From assembly GCA_937891825.1 (NCBI GenBank), contig CALAHN010000088.1:50009-114008 (forward strand): a stretch of DNA of 64,000 nt. The letters are read 5' to 3'. The position numbers were made by a program, and so were the translations under genes. This DNA comes from an uncultured Alphaproteobacteria bacterium. GTDB lineage: Bacteria; Pseudomonadota; Alphaproteobacteria; Bin95. The notes beneath the pieces are model-generated. The model had not been told where the DNA came from. It saw only the letters and a list, made by a program, of their open reading frames with translations, and did no database searches. Below, piece after piece: positions 48,787 through 58,494 of this stretch (within the stretch, counting starts at the first letter, position 1; every line of letters begins with the position of its first letter).

Positions 48787-50301
48787 ATGGCGATCGCTGC
48801 GGCCAATGCGGAAGACTATACGTCCCTGCAGCGCGGCCTGATTCTCGCGACAGCGACGCTCGCGACCACTCTCTATGCGACGACGATCCTGGTCGTCAGC
48901 GTGATCCTGCCGCAAATGCAGGGCGCGCTGTCGGCGACCCAGGACCAGATCGCGTGGGTCGTGACGTTCAACATATTGGCGACAGCGGTCGCGACGCCGC
49001 TCACCGGGTGGCTCGCGGGCCGGTTCGGCCGGCGCCAGACCATGATTTTCAGTCAGACCGGCTTCATGCTGGCGACGCTGGCTTGCGGCCTCGCGCCCAA
49101 TCTCGAGTTTCTGGTGATCGCGCGCGTGTTTCAGGGGGCGTTCGGCGCGCCGCTCGTGCCGCTGGCGCAAGCGACGATCCTCGATAGTTTCCCGAAGTCG
49201 AAGCAGGCGTTCGCCACGTCCGTCTTCGGCATGGGCGTCGTGATCGGGCCAGTCATCGGGCCGGTGCTCGGCGGTTATCTGGCGGATATCTATAACTGGC
49301 GCTGGGCGTTCTTCATGATCGTGCCGGCGGCGGCGGCGGGCGTCGCGGGCCTGATGCTGTTCCTGCCGGACAGCCGGACGCGCGCCACAACCCGCCTCGA
49401 CTGGACGGGGTTCCTGACTTTGGTGATCGCCGTCGGCGCCATGCAGTTGATGCTGGACCGCGGCAACCGGCAGGACTGGTTTCAATCCTTCGAGATCCTG
49501 ATTGAAGCTGGCATCGCCGTCCTGGCGATGTATCTGTTCATCGCCCATAGCATGACGACCTCGAAGCCGTTCCTGAATTTTGAGCATCTGACGGACCGGA
49601 ATTACGTCCTTGGGCTGATCTTTGTCTTCATCTACGGGATGCTGAATTTCACCCCCATGGTGCTGTTCCCGCCGATGTTGCAGGGATTGCTCGGGTTCCC
49701 GAACCAGGTGATCGGGGAGTTGCTGGGCGCCCGCGGGGCCGGCGCTGTCCTGGGGTTCTTTTCAGCGATGTGGATCGGCAAGCTCGACGTGCGCATCGGG
49801 CTGATGTTCGGCTGTCTGGTACAGGCGGCGTCGGGCCTCTGGATGATGAGCTTTTCGCTGGACGTCTCGTTTTATGAGGTTGCGGTCGCGAGCGCGCTTC
49901 AGGGTTTTTCGGTCGGCGTCATCTGGCCGCCGCTGACGGTGGCGACGTTCCGGACCATCAATCCGCAATATCTGGCGGAGACCTCGGCGATCTTTCATCT
50001 GCTGCGGAATCTCGGCTCATCGGTCTTCATCAGCTTGTCGGTGACGATGCTGGTGCGGTCGACGTCCATGAACTATGGCCGGCTCATGGAGTTCATCACG
50101 CCCTATAACAAGAACCTGAAGGCCGCGATCCAAAGCGGCGCCGCCGATGTCAGCGCCGCCGATGGCTTGGCGCGGGTCAGCGTCGCCGTGGCGCGGCAGG
50201 CGAGCATGCTGGGTTTCCTTGACGCTTTTGCGCTCTATACTGCCGCTAGTTTCGCGATGTTCCTGATGATCCCGCTTTTCAAGATCCGCAAGAACGCATG
50301 A
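48787..50301 (+). CDS. MFS transporter, DHA2 (EmrB/QacA) family
   Basis: 504 aa, ~14 predicted TM helices. MFS motif GRFGRRQ after TM2. Confidence 0.85.
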   Translation: MAIAAANAEDYTSLQRGLILATATLATTLYATTILVVSVILPQMQGALSATQDQIAWVVTFNILATAVATPLTGWLAGRFGRRQTMIFSQTGFMLATLACGLAPNLEFLVIARVFQGAFGAPLVPLAQATILDSFPKSKQAFATSVFGMGVVIGPVIGPVLGGYLADIYNWRWAFFMIVPAAAAGVAGLMLFLPDSRTRATTRLDWTGFLTLVIAVGAMQLMLDRGNRQDWFQSFEILIEAGIAVLAMYLFIAHSMTTSKPFLNFEHLTDRNYVLGLIFVFIYGMLNFTPMVLFPPMLQGLLGFPNQVIGELLGARGAGAVLGFFSAMWIGKLDVRIGLMFGCLVQAASGLWMMSFSLDVSFYEVAVASALQGFSVGVIWPPLTVATFRTINPQYLAETSAIFHLLRNLGSSVFISLSVTMLVRSTSMNYGRLMEFITPYNKNLKAAIQSGAADVSAADGLARVSVAVARQASMLGFLDAFALYTAASFAMFLMIPLFKIRKNA

Positions 50302-50406
50302 GACGTATGTGCAGGGAGACGGTTGCGGAGGCTCGCCTTTGCCGCCATATCGGACTAAATTACTATTTGATGTAGACAGCGTGGCGCCGGTTAAGTCAGC
50401 CCGGCG

Positions 50407-51051
50407 TTGGAGAACGAGCCAATGGACAACGTGACTGATCGCAACCTTGCCGCTGCGGCGAATATGAGCGCCGCGGCCGCCCAGGAGCGTCCCAGCAGGA
50501 CGGAGGCAGAAGCTGCCGTCCGCACGCTGATCCGCTGGGCCGGCGATGACCCCACCCGCGAAGGCCTGATCGATACGCCGAACCGTGTCGTGCGGGCCTG
50601 GGAAGACTTTTTCGCTGGGTATGAGCAAGATCCCATCGACGTCCTGTCCCGGACGTTCGAGGAGATCGACGGCTATGACGAAATCGTGCTGATGCGCGAT
50701 ATCCGCGTCGAAAGCCATTGCGAGCACCACATCGTGCCGATTATCGGCAAGGCGCATGTGGCTTATCTGCCGAGCAATCGTGTCGTCGGGATTTCCAAGC
50801 TCGCGCGCGTCGTGGAGATCTATTCCAAGCGCATGCAGGTGCAAGAGACGATGACGGCGCAGGTCGCCAATGCCATCGAGACCGTGCTGCAGCCCCGCGG
50901 CGTCGCTGTATATATCGAAGCCCAGCACCAGTGCATGACCACGCGCGGCGTGCATATGCCGGGCGTCGATACGGTGACGACATCCATGCGCGGCGCTTTC
51001 CGCTCTGACCCTGAACTGCGCCGGGAATTCCTGACGCTGATCCGCAAATAA
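50407..51051 (+). CDS. folE: GTP cyclohydrolase I
   Basis: CEHH zinc motif ([22 protein letters not shown]) and QVQERLT-like region. Alternative start at MDNVTD (50422). Confidence 0.9.
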   Translation: MENEPMDNVTDRNLAAAANMSAAAAQERPSRTEAEAAVRTLIRWAGDDPTREGLIDTPNRVVRAWEDFFAGYEQDPIDVLSRTFEEIDGYDEIVLMRDIRVESHCEHHIVPIIGKAHVAYLPSNRVVGISKLARVVEIYSKRMQVQETMTAQVANAIETVLQPRGVAVYIEAQHQCMTTRGVHMPGVDTVTTSMRGAFRSDPELRREFLTLIRK

Positions 51052-51063
51052 CGGATGGCATGA

Positions 51064-51092
51064 GCCCGGCGCGCCTGCGCGGCGCGCCGGGC
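51064..51092. terminator. rho-independent terminator-like hairpin (bidirectional) after folE
   Basis: Perfect 12-bp GC stem GCCCGGCGCGCC/GGCGCGCCGGGC with a 5-nt loop, followed by TTTGTGGCGTTT. Between convergent folE and the aminotransferase. Confidence 0.6.
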
Positions 51093-51103
51093 TTTGTGGC
51101 GTT

Positions 51104-52321
51104 TCAGTCGCGGAGCTCGGCGCAAGCTTTCTGGATGCGCTCGCCGCCCCGGATCAGGTCTTCGGTGGTCGCGACGAAGCTCGCCCGGAAATAGGGCGAC
51201 AGGCCGTAGGCCGCCCCTTGAACCACGGCGACGCCCGCATGGTTCAAGAGGTACATCGTAAAATCCGTGTCGTCCTTGATGACCGATCCGTCCGGCGCTG
51301 TCTTCCCGATGGCGCCAGCGCAATTGCAGTAGCAGTACATTGCGCCTTCCGGCAGGTCGCAGTGCAGCCCCGCCGCCTTGTTGAGCGCTGCATGCAGGAT
51401 ATCGCGGCGGCGCTGGAGATCGGCCGTCCGTTCCAGGATCAGATCCTGCGGCCCGGTCAAGGCCGCGATGGCGGCCGCCTGGCCAATGGCCGAGGAGCCG
51501 GCGGTGGACTGGCTCTGCATTTTCGCGGCGTTGGCGATGATGTCCTTTGGCCCGCCGGCGTAGCCGACGCGCCAGCCGGTCATGGAAAACGCCTTCGAGA
51601 CACTGTTGACCGTCACCGTCCGGTCCTTCAAGCGCGGCTCGACCGCCGCGATGGTGTGGAACGTGCGGCCGTCGAAGATCAGATGTTCGTAGACGTCGTC
51701 GGTGATGATGTGCACGTGGGGATGGCGCAACGCCACATCCGCGATCGCCTGCAATTCATCCTTGCTGTAGACGACGCCCGCCGGATTGGACGGCTGGCAC
51801 AGCATCAGCCATTTCGTCGCAGGCGTGATCGCCGCCTCGAAGTCCTCCGGCGCCATGCGGAAGCCCCGGTTCTGGGGGCAATCGACGAAGACCGGCGCGC
51901 CGCCCGCAAGCTGCACCATGTCCGGATAGCTCGCCCAATAGGGGCTCGGGATGATGACCTCATCGCCCTGTCCGACAGTCGCCATCAGAATGTTGAACAA
52001 CACCTGCTTGGCGCCCGAGCCGACGCAGATTTCATCGAGCTTGTAGTCCAGGCCGTTGTCGCGGCGGAATTTCAGTTGGGCGGCGGCGCGCATGTCCGCC
52101 GTGCCGTTGATCGGCGTGTAGCGCGCTTCATCCCGGTCCATCGCCTGCATGACCGCCCATTTGACGTGGAGCGGCGTCGCAAAATCAGGCTCGCCCGCCG
52201 TCAGTTTGACGATGTCCTTGCCTGCCGCGACAAGCTCCCGGACCCGCTGCGTGGCGATCTGGCTGGGGGAGGGTTTGAACCGGCTCATCCGGGGGGCGAA
52301 GAAGCGCTCGCGGGCGGTCAT
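51104..52321 (-). CDS. aspartate/aromatic aminotransferase (class I)
   Basis: 405 aa with PLP-lysine context SVSKAFSMTGWRVGY. Confidence 0.85.
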   Translation of the reverse strand: MTARERFFAPRMSRFKPSPSQIATQRVRELVAAGKDIVKLTAGEPDFATPLHVKWAVMQAMDRDEARYTPINGTADMRAAAQLKFRRDNGLDYKLDEICVGSGAKQVLFNILMATVGQGDEVIIPSPYWASYPDMVQLAGGAPVFVDCPQNRGFRMAPEDFEAAITPATKWLMLCQPSNPAGVVYSKDELQAIADVALRHPHVHIITDDVYEHLIFDGRTFHTIAAVEPRLKDRTVTVNSVSKAFSMTGWRVGYAGGPKDIIANAAKMQSQSTAGSSAIGQAAAIAALTGPQDLILERTADLQRRRDILHAALNKAAGLHCDLPEGAMYCYCNCAGAIGKTAPDGSVIKDDTDFTMYLLNHAGVAVVQGAAYGLSPYFRASFVATTEDLIRGGERIQKACAELRD

Positions 52322-52381
52322 AGGCGTTCCTTAATTGGAGTGAGGCCGCTAGACTATCGGATAGAATTTAAGGAGCAAGCC

Positions 52382-53323
52382 ATGGCGAGACCGATCACCC
52401 TGGGCGCCGCGCAGATGGGTCCGATTCAACTGGCGGAAGGCCGTGACGTCGTCGTCGATCGCATGCTCGCGCTGATGGAACGGGGCCGGCGGAAGGGCGT
52501 CGAGCTGATCGTCTTTCCGGAACTTGCGCTGACGACCTTTTTTCCGCGCTGGTACCACGAGGACTGGGACCATGTAGATCAATGGTTCGAGAGCGAGATG
52601 CCCGGTCCCGCGACCCAGCCCCTGTTCGACAAGGCCCGCGAATGCGGCATGGGCTTCTATCTTGGCTATGCCGAAAAATTCGAGGAAGCCGGCAAGGTCC
52701 GCCGCTTCAATACCTCGATCCTGGTCGACAAATCCGGCGCCATCGTCGGCAAATATCGCAAGGTGCACCTGCCGGGCCATGTCGAATTTGACAAGGCCTT
52801 GCCCTGGCAGCACCTGGAGAAGCGGTATTTCGAGGTCGGCGATCTGGGGTGGCCGGTCTGGCGGACGATGGGCGGCGTGATGGGCATGTGCCTCTGCAAT
52901 GACCGTCGCTGGCCGGAAACCTATCGCGTCATGGGCCTTCAGGGCGTCGAACTGGTGATGCTCGGCTACAACACGCCGGTCGGCAACAGCCGCGGACCCG
53001 AAGCGCCGCATCTCAGGATGATGCATAATCATATGTCGATGCAGATGGGCGCTTATCAGAACGGAACCTGGGTCGTCGGCGTCGCCAAGGCCGGGAACGA
53101 GGATGGGTTCGAACTGATGGGCGGTAGCATCATCGTGGCGCCGTCGGGGGAAATCGTGGCGCAGGCGCGCACGCTCGGCGATGAATTGATCGTCGCCGAC
53201 GCCGACCTCGACGCCTGCAATTTCAACAAGAGCACGATCTTCAATTTTGCCGCGCACCGCCGGCCGGAGCATTACGGCATCATCACCGGGCAGGCCGGCG
53301 CCACGCCGCCGCCCGAGGCATAG
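52382..53323 (+). CDS. N-carbamoyl-D-amino-acid hydrolase (D-carbamoylase, nitrilase superfamily)
   Basis: Start at MARPITLG (52382); the track ORF is a long in-frame 5' extension. Near-collinear with Agrobacterium D-carbamoylase (FPELALTTFFPRW, RRFNTSILVDKSG, GKYRKxHLPGH, CNDRRWPE). Confidence 0.85.
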   Translation: MARPITLGAAQMGPIQLAEGRDVVVDRMLALMERGRRKGVELIVFPELALTTFFPRWYHEDWDHVDQWFESEMPGPATQPLFDKARECGMGFYLGYAEKFEEAGKVRRFNTSILVDKSGAIVGKYRKVHLPGHVEFDKALPWQHLEKRYFEVGDLGWPVWRTMGGVMGMCLCNDRRWPETYRVMGLQGVELVMLGYNTPVGNSRGPEAPHLRMMHNHMSMQMGAYQNGTWVVGVAKAGNEDGFELMGGSIIVAPSGEIVAQARTLGDELIVADADLDACNFNKSTIFNFAAHRRPEHYGIITGQAGATPPPEA

Positions 53324-53325
53324 CC

Positions 53326-53982
53326 GTGACCCGACATGTGCTGGTGGTCAATCCGAACCGCACGGCAAGCTGCACGGCGGCGATCGATCGCGCGGCCGCG
53401 CCGTTCCGGATAGCCGGCATCGAGATCGTTTGCGAAACCGTGGCGGCTGGACCGGTCAGCGTCGCGTCGATGGCCGATCATGCCCGGGCGCAGGGCCCGC
53501 TGATCGACTATCTGGCCGCGCGCAATGGCCCGGTCGATGCTGTGGTCATCGCGTGTTTTTCCGACCCGGCGCTTGCCGCCGCCCAGGAAGTTACCGGCGC
53601 GCCATGTTTTGGGCTTGGCGAGGCCGGCATGCTGGCGGCGACCCAGCGGGGCTTGCGCTTCGGCGTCGTGGCGCTCGCGGAAGCCTCGGTCGCCCGCCAG
53701 CGCCGCCGCGTCGCGGAGCTTGGCCTGCAAGCGCGCTATGCCGGCAGCCGGGCGATTTCCTTGAGCGTCCCGGAATTGGCCGATGCGGACCGGACCGTGG
53801 CTGCGATGATCCAGGCCGGGCGCCGGTTGGTCGATGAGGACGGCGCCGATGTGATCGTGATGGGTTGTGCGGGCATGGCGGACTACCGCCAGGCGCTCGC
53901 CGAAGCCATCGGCGCGCCCGTGGTCGAGCCGACCCAGGCCGCCATCGGCGCCGCCGTCGCCGCGGCGCTTCAGGGCTGGTGA
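53326..53982 (+). CDS. Asp/Glu/hydantoin racemase family protein (hydantoin racemase-like)
   Basis: 218 aa with VLVVNPNRTASCTAAI N-terminus typical of hydantoin racemases and two conserved Cys regions. GTG start 3 nt after the carbamoylase stop. Confidence 0.7.
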   Translation: MTRHVLVVNPNRTASCTAAIDRAAAPFRIAGIEIVCETVAAGPVSVASMADHARAQGPLIDYLAARNGPVDAVVIACFSDPALAAAQEVTGAPCFGLGEAGMLAATQRGLRFGVVALAEASVARQRRRVAELGLQARYAGSRAISLSVPELADADRTVAAMIQAGRRLVDEDGADVIVMGCAGMADYRQALAEAIGAPVVEPTQAAIGAAVAAALQGW

Positions 53983-53989
53983 GCGGCAA

Positions 53990-54092
53990 GAGCATGGCGC
54001 GTCCAAGTGGACGCGCGGTCCATGCTCTACTTTATTGATATCGATCTAATTATCCAGTCTGAGGCGTTTCCGCCTAAGACTGGTTTGATCTA
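53990..54092 (+). repeat. ~100-nt two-hairpin intergenic repeat, copy A
   Basis: AGCATGGCGCGTCCAAGTGGACGCGC...CCATGCTC hairpin, then TTGATATCGATC and CCAGTCTGAGGCGTTTCCGCCTAAGACTGG hairpin. Matches copies at 56112 and 61827 (inverted). Confidence 0.75.
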
Positions 54093-54097
54093 AGCTT

Positions 54098-55180
54098 CTA
54101 GGAGCCGGCCAGACGGCGCTCGGCGTCCTCCCAGAGCGACCTGACGATGTCGCCCGCCGGGAGAGCCGCGGCGCGGCCGGCGGATTGCCCGGCCCAGGCT
54201 TGAATGCGATCGATATCGTTGGTTTTGGCGCCCAGATCGCGCATGGCCTGGCTGAGGGCGCGTTGGACGGGGTAGGGCGCTGGCTCCGGCGCGCCGGGCG
54301 CCGCCGCGGCTTCGGCATAGGCTGTCCGGATGCTGCGGCCGGCGCGGCCGGAAAAGGCCCGCGTCAGCATTGTGTCTTCCGGCGCCGCGCCGCCGATCGC
54401 GTCGCTCCAGGCCTGGGGCAATCCGGCCTCGGGCGAACGAAGGAGGGCCGTGCCGATCTGCACGGCGGAGGCGCCCAGCATGAGCGCCGCCGCGACGCCG
54501 CGTCCATCGGCGATGCCGCCCGTCGCGACGACCGGCACGGCGACCGCATCGACGACGGCCGGCAGCAAGGCGAACAGGCCGATCGCACGGTCGGCGGCGT
54601 CGGCCGCATTGAAGGCGCCCCGGTGTCCGCCAGCCTCGGCGCCCTGGGCGACAATCACGTCCGCGCCGGCGGATTCAGCGCTTCGGGCCTCGCCGACGGT
54701 CGTGGCGTTGGCGAACCAGGCGATGCCGCGATCCTTCAGTTCGCGAACGAAGGCTTCAGGGTAAACGCCCATGATCGATGAGATAATGGTCGGCCCGGCA
54801 TCGAGCATCGCAGCGCATTGCGCTTCGAAATCCGGGGGCGCAGCGTCGGCTGCTTCGCGCGGGACGGCCGGCCCCCAGCTCTCGAGGAAGGCGCGAATGT
54901 CTGCTTCATGCCGGGCGTCGCGCTTGGGCGGCGGATCCGGGATCCAGAGGTTCATCTGAAAGGCGCCGTTGGTCTCGGCCCGGACGTCGGCCGCCCATTT
55001 CCGAATGGCGTCCGGCTGCATCAAGAGCGCGCCGCAGCCGCCAAGGCCGCCAGCGCGCGCGACCGCCGCCGCCAGCCCCGGCGGACAGGCGCCGGCCATG
55101 GGCGCCATCAGGATCGGGATCTCCAGGTCGAACCGCGCGACGAAAGCCTTGGCGCGCGCGAGGGGGGTCAGATGCTGCAT
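54098..55180 (-). CDS. nitronate monooxygenase (NMO/2-nitropropane dioxygenase family)
   Basis: 360 aa FMN TIM-barrel with NMO N-terminus (IPILMAPMAGACPPGLAAAVARAGGLG). Confidence 0.85.
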   Translation of the reverse strand: MQHLTPLARAKAFVARFDLEIPILMAPMAGACPPGLAAAVARAGGLGGCGALLMQPDAIRKWAADVRAETNGAFQMNLWIPDPPPKRDARHEADIRAFLESWGPAVPREAADAAPPDFEAQCAAMLDAGPTIISSIMGVYPEAFVRELKDRGIAWFANATTVGEARSAESAGADVIVAQGAEAGGHRGAFNAADAADRAIGLFALLPAVVDAVAVPVVATGGIADGRGVAAALMLGASAVQIGTALLRSPEAGLPQAWSDAIGGAAPEDTMLTRAFSGRAGRSIRTAYAEAAAAPGAPEPAPYPVQRALSQAMRDLGAKTNDIDRIQAWAGQSAGRAAALPAGDIVRSLWEDAERRLAGS

Positions 55181-55216
55181 GATGCTACTCCTTGGCGCCG
55201 GTTTGGCGCGGACGTT

Positions 55217-55678
55217 TCAGACAATGCCAGCCTCCAGCGAGGCGGCCATTGTGGCGCCCAGCTCGGCGCAATCCTCTTCGAAGGACGCCTGATAGGGACC
55301 CCGACAGACAAGCGGCGGGCGAACGGCGCGCCAGCGGAGCCCCGTCACGATCCGCTCGACCCCGCGCGCCGTGCCCGTGCCGTCGCTGCCGGCGCGGATA
55401 AAGAGGGCATAGGGCAGCCCGTCCGTCCGGCCGATGGCTCCGTAGTAGGAGCGGTCGAAGAAGTCCTTCAACGCGCCGGACATGTAAGCCAGGTTTTCTG
55501 TCGTGCCGAGGATGAGCGCATCCGCCGCAAGGATGTCTTCCGGCCCGGCGTCAAAGGCATGACGCACCGCGACTGCGACGCCGCCGATATCCGGATGGCT
55601 CGCGCCGCGCCGCACCGCCGCCAGCATGGCGCGGGTATTCGGCGACGGCGCGTGGGCGACGACCAGAAGCCGCTTCAT
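55217..55678 (-). CDS. flavodoxin-like fold protein (NAD(P)H-dependent FMN reductase-like)
   Basis: 153 aa; starts MKRLLVVAHAPSPNT with flavodoxin-fold pattern. Confidence 0.55.
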   Translation of the reverse strand: MKRLLVVAHAPSPNTRAMLAAVRRGASHPDIGGVAVAVRHAFDAGPEDILAADALILGTTENLAYMSGALKDFFDRSYYGAIGRTDGLPYALFIRAGSDGTGTARGVERIVTGLRWRAVRPPLVCRGPYQASFEEDCAELGATMAASLEAGIV

Positions 55679-55930
55679 TTGGATCTCGACAGATTAGCCA
55701 GCATCCTGGGTCCTTAAAGGCAAGACAGATGCCCCGACAGACTGGGACCTAACGCCATCTTGTGATAGGATCAATATTACGCGCTTGAATGTATGTTTGG
55801 CGCGTCGCCGCTGGAGCGCTCGGCGCCTTGCGTGGGACGCCAGAGAGTGCGGCGAGTTCAGTGTGTTAGATTGCTTGTCCCTTTCCGGCGATTTTGCCGG
55901 AAGGCGGCTTGATCTGAGGAGGACCAGTTC

Positions 55931-56107
55931 ATGCGTCGCTTCTTTCTGATCGTATCCGCGGCTGCGGGCCTTGGTTTCGCGGCAGCCCCCGTCATGGCGG
56001 AAAGCCCGAAAGCGCCAGCCCAGTCCGGCGCCTCGACACAAGGCGCCCAGGGCGGCGGCTGCGCCGGCGAATACCCGATGCCGAAACAATCGAAGCCGAC
56101 CGCCTGA
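55931..56107 (+). CDS. 58-aa predicted secreted peptide (unannotated small ORF)
   Basis: Own translation: MRRFFLIVSAAAGLGFAAAPVMA|ESPKAPAQSGASTQGAQGGGCAGEYPMPKQSKPTA. GGAGG Shine-Dalgarno sits 11 nt upstream. Below the 60-aa cutoff of the ORF track. Confidence 0.35.
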   Translation: MRRFFLIVSAAAGLGFAAAPVMAESPKAPAQSGASTQGAQGGGCAGEYPMPKQSKPTA

Positions 56108-56111
56108 TCTG

Positions 56112-56206
56112 GAGCATGGCGCGCTCGGGCGACCGCAGGGCCCATGCTTCAACACATTGATATCGGTCAATTCATCCATTCTCAGGCGTTATTGCCTGAG
56201 TTTGGC
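56112..56206 (+). repeat. ~100-nt two-hairpin intergenic repeat, copy B (diverged)
   Basis: AGCATGGCGCG...CCCATGCTTC, then TTGATATCGGTC and CCATTCTCAGGCGTTATTGCCTGAGTTTGG. Same orientation as copy A. Confidence 0.65.
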
Positions 56207-56214
56207 ATGACCTG

Positions 56215-56661
56215 CTATTCGGCCCGAAATTTGGCGTGACAGCCGCCGCAAGCGCTGACGAGCGCCTTGAATGCGGCGGGCGTCTGCTCTGCGGCGAGAC
56301 TGCGCGCGGCGTCCGCCAGGGCGACGGCGCTGGCGGTGAATTCGGGCCATTCCGTCCAGATTACTGGCTTTGCTTCGCTCATCCCGTCGTGTTCGCCCTC
56401 GGGGAAGAGTGCTGTCATATGCACGCCTGCGCGCTGCTCGATCGCTTGCGCCGCCTGCCGCACGGCGCCCGCATCGTTCCCGAGCGCGGCTTTGATGGTC
56501 TTTACCGATTTGGCCATGACCGTCATGGCCTCCATCCGCTCCAGGACGATGCCGGACGCCCCCTCGTGGCCGCTTGCCGCGCCCGACGCCCCCAGCATCA
56601 GCGCCGTCAAACTGGCGACGGCGAACGGGCGGACGGTCTTGCCGCTTCGCTGGCCCATCAT
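56215..56661 (-). CDS. cytochrome c' (class II cytochrome c)
   Basis: Signal peptide, four-helix-bundle-length protein (148 aa), C-terminal haem site CGGCHAKFR. Confidence 0.8.
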   Translation of the reverse strand: MMGQRSGKTVRPFAVASLTALMLGASGAASGHEGASGIVLERMEAMTVMAKSVKTIKAALGNDAGAVRQAAQAIEQRAGVHMTALFPEGEHDGMSEAKPVIWTEWPEFTASAVALADAARSLAAEQTPAAFKALVSACGGCHAKFRAE

Positions 56662-57782
56662 CGCTCCCGGCCCGTACGCCGGTCCAGCGCTTCCAGCGCA
56701 GTTTCGGTTCCCGCGATCAAGTCCGCCATGATGGCGGCTGCGGGGCGGCGGCGTTCGACCATGCCGATGCCTTGCCCGGCGGCGTTCATGAACAGGTCCC
56801 AGCGCCCGGCGGCTTTCGTCGCTTCCAGGAAGTCCTCCATCAGGACCCGCTGATGGGGCGTCGGCAGCGGATCGAGGCCGGAGGCCGCCCAGGCTTCCGA
56901 GACGGGATTGCGCCTGGCGCGCAAGGTCTTGCCCGTCCAGGCGCGGGTGACGTCCATGTCGGACGACTTGGCGGCGATCAGTTCGTCCTTGCAGGCGTCC
57001 GGCAGGTCGCCTTCATCGGCAGTCAGGAACAGCGAACCGAGCCAGACGCCGTCCGCCCCAAGCGCCAGGGCGGCGGCGATGCCGCGGCCGTCGGAGATGC
57101 CGCCGGCGGCGATCACCGGCAAAGGGGCGACCGCATCGACGACCTGGGGGATCAGCGGAAAGTTTGCGATCCGCCCTGTGTGCCCGCCGGCTTCCGTGCC
57201 TTGGGCGACGACGGCGTCAACGCCCGCGGCGGCCTGGCGTTGGGCGTTTCGAGGCGAGCCGACAAGACCGAGGGTCGTCATGCCCTGCGCCTTCGCCCGG
57301 CCGGTAATCCGCGCCGGATCGCCGAGGCCGGCGGCGAACACAGGCACCTGTTCCTCCAGGGTCACGGCGATCTGAGCTTCGATCAATTCCGAAGAAATCA
57401 CGATATCGTCTTGAACCGGCGTGGCTTTCAGGTTGAAGCGCTCCAGCAAGCTTTCGTAGAAGCGCACATGCTCCGGGTGATTGCGCGCCAGATCGTCCCG
57501 GACGCCGGAGCGGGTCGCGGCCGCTGGCGCCAGGGTGGCCGGCAAAAGCAGATCGACGCCGAAGGGCTTGTCGGTCAGATCGCGCACTGCATGAATCCGG
57601 CGCCGGATTTCCGCAGGCGACAGGCCGGAGCAGCCTAGGACGCCCAATCCCCCCGCCTTGGACACTGCGGCGACAAGCGCCGGCGGCGTCGCCATGCCCC
57701 AGACGCCCATCCCGGCCAGGATGATCGGCGTTTCGATCCCCAGCAGATCGCAAAGGGGCGTGCGGAAACGGTTTGCAGTCAT
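56658..57782 (-). CDS. nitronate monooxygenase family protein (second NMO paralog)
   Basis: 374 aa with IILAGMGVWGMATPPALVAAVSKAGGLGVLG N-terminus. Overlaps the cytochrome c' start. Confidence 0.85.
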   Translation of the reverse strand: MTANRFRTPLCDLLGIETPIILAGMGVWGMATPPALVAAVSKAGGLGVLGCSGLSPAEIRRRIHAVRDLTDKPFGVDLLLPATLAPAAATRSGVRDDLARNHPEHVRFYESLLERFNLKATPVQDDIVISSELIEAQIAVTLEEQVPVFAAGLGDPARITGRAKAQGMTTLGLVGSPRNAQRQAAAGVDAVVAQGTEAGGHTGRIANFPLIPQVVDAVAPLPVIAAGGISDGRGIAAALALGADGVWLGSLFLTADEGDLPDACKDELIAAKSSDMDVTRAWTGKTLRARRNPVSEAWAASGLDPLPTPHQRVLMEDFLEATKAAGRWDLFMNAAGQGIGMVERRRPAAAIMADLIAGTETALEALDRRTGRER

Positions 57783-57842
57783 GATGGAACTCCGATTGGG
57801 CCGGTCTGGCCCGATTGCAATGATGGGGGCAGGCGGGATGCG

Positions 57843-58487
57843 TTAGCGGGTGCCGTAAAGCCGGTCGCCGGCGTCGCCGAGGCCGGGGACGATATAGCCG
57901 TGGTCGTTCAAGCGCGCGTCGATGGCGGCGACAAAGAGGTCGACATCGGGATGTTCGGTATGAAAGCGCGCGATGCCTTCAGGGGCGGCGAGCAGCGCCA
58001 CGAACCGAATGCGCCGGGCGCCGCGCTGCTTGATCTGCCGGACGGCATGCGCGGCCGAATTGCCCGTCGCCAGCATGGGATCGACGACAAGCGTCAGCCG
58101 CTCGTCCAGGAGGTCCGGGGCTTTCATGTAATACTGGACTGCGGCCAGGGTTTCCGGGTCGCGATAGAGCCCGATATGGGCGACCCGGGCGCTTGGCATG
58201 AGATCGAGCATGCCGTCGGCGAGACCGAGGCCGGCGCGGAGAATCGGCGCGATGCAAAGCTTCTTGCCGGCCAGCGTCGGCGCGTCCATCGGGCCGAGCG
58301 GCGTGTCGATCACGGCCGTCGTCAGGTCGAGGTCGCGGGTCACTTCATAGGCGAGCAGCATTCCGACTTCCCGCATCAGGCGCCGGAAGGTCTGGGCGCT
58401 CGTGCGCTTGTCGCGCATGATCGAGAGCTTGTGGAGGATCAGCGGGTGGCGGACTTCATTCACCGGCGAGGTCATGGGCGCGCGCAA
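57843..58487 (-). CDS. upp: uracil phosphoribosyltransferase
   Basis: 214 aa with PRPP-binding motif ([13 protein letters not shown]) and Upp C-terminus ([16 protein letters not shown]). Confidence 0.9.
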   Translation of the reverse strand: MRAPMTSPVNEVRHPLILHKLSIMRDKRTSAQTFRRLMREVGMLLAYEVTRDLDLTTAVIDTPLGPMDAPTLAGKKLCIAPILRAGLGLADGMLDLMPSARVAHIGLYRDPETLAAVQYYMKAPDLLDERLTLVVDPMLATGNSAAHAVRQIKQRGARRIRFVALLAAPEGIARFHTEHPDVDLFVAAIDARLNDHGYIVPGLGDAGDRLYGTR

Positions 58488-58494
58488 TCCTTCC

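Noticed and set aside
47608-49587. 659-aa minus-strand ORF
   Set aside because: It is antisense to the thiolase and the MFS transporter; low-complexity Arg/His/Asp-rich.
51218-52381. 5' 388 codons of the 701-aa plus-strand ORF 51218..53323
   Set aside because: It is antisense to the aspartate aminotransferase. The D-carbamoylase aligns from MARPITLG at 52382, and the long ORF is only an in-frame read-through of GC-rich sequence.
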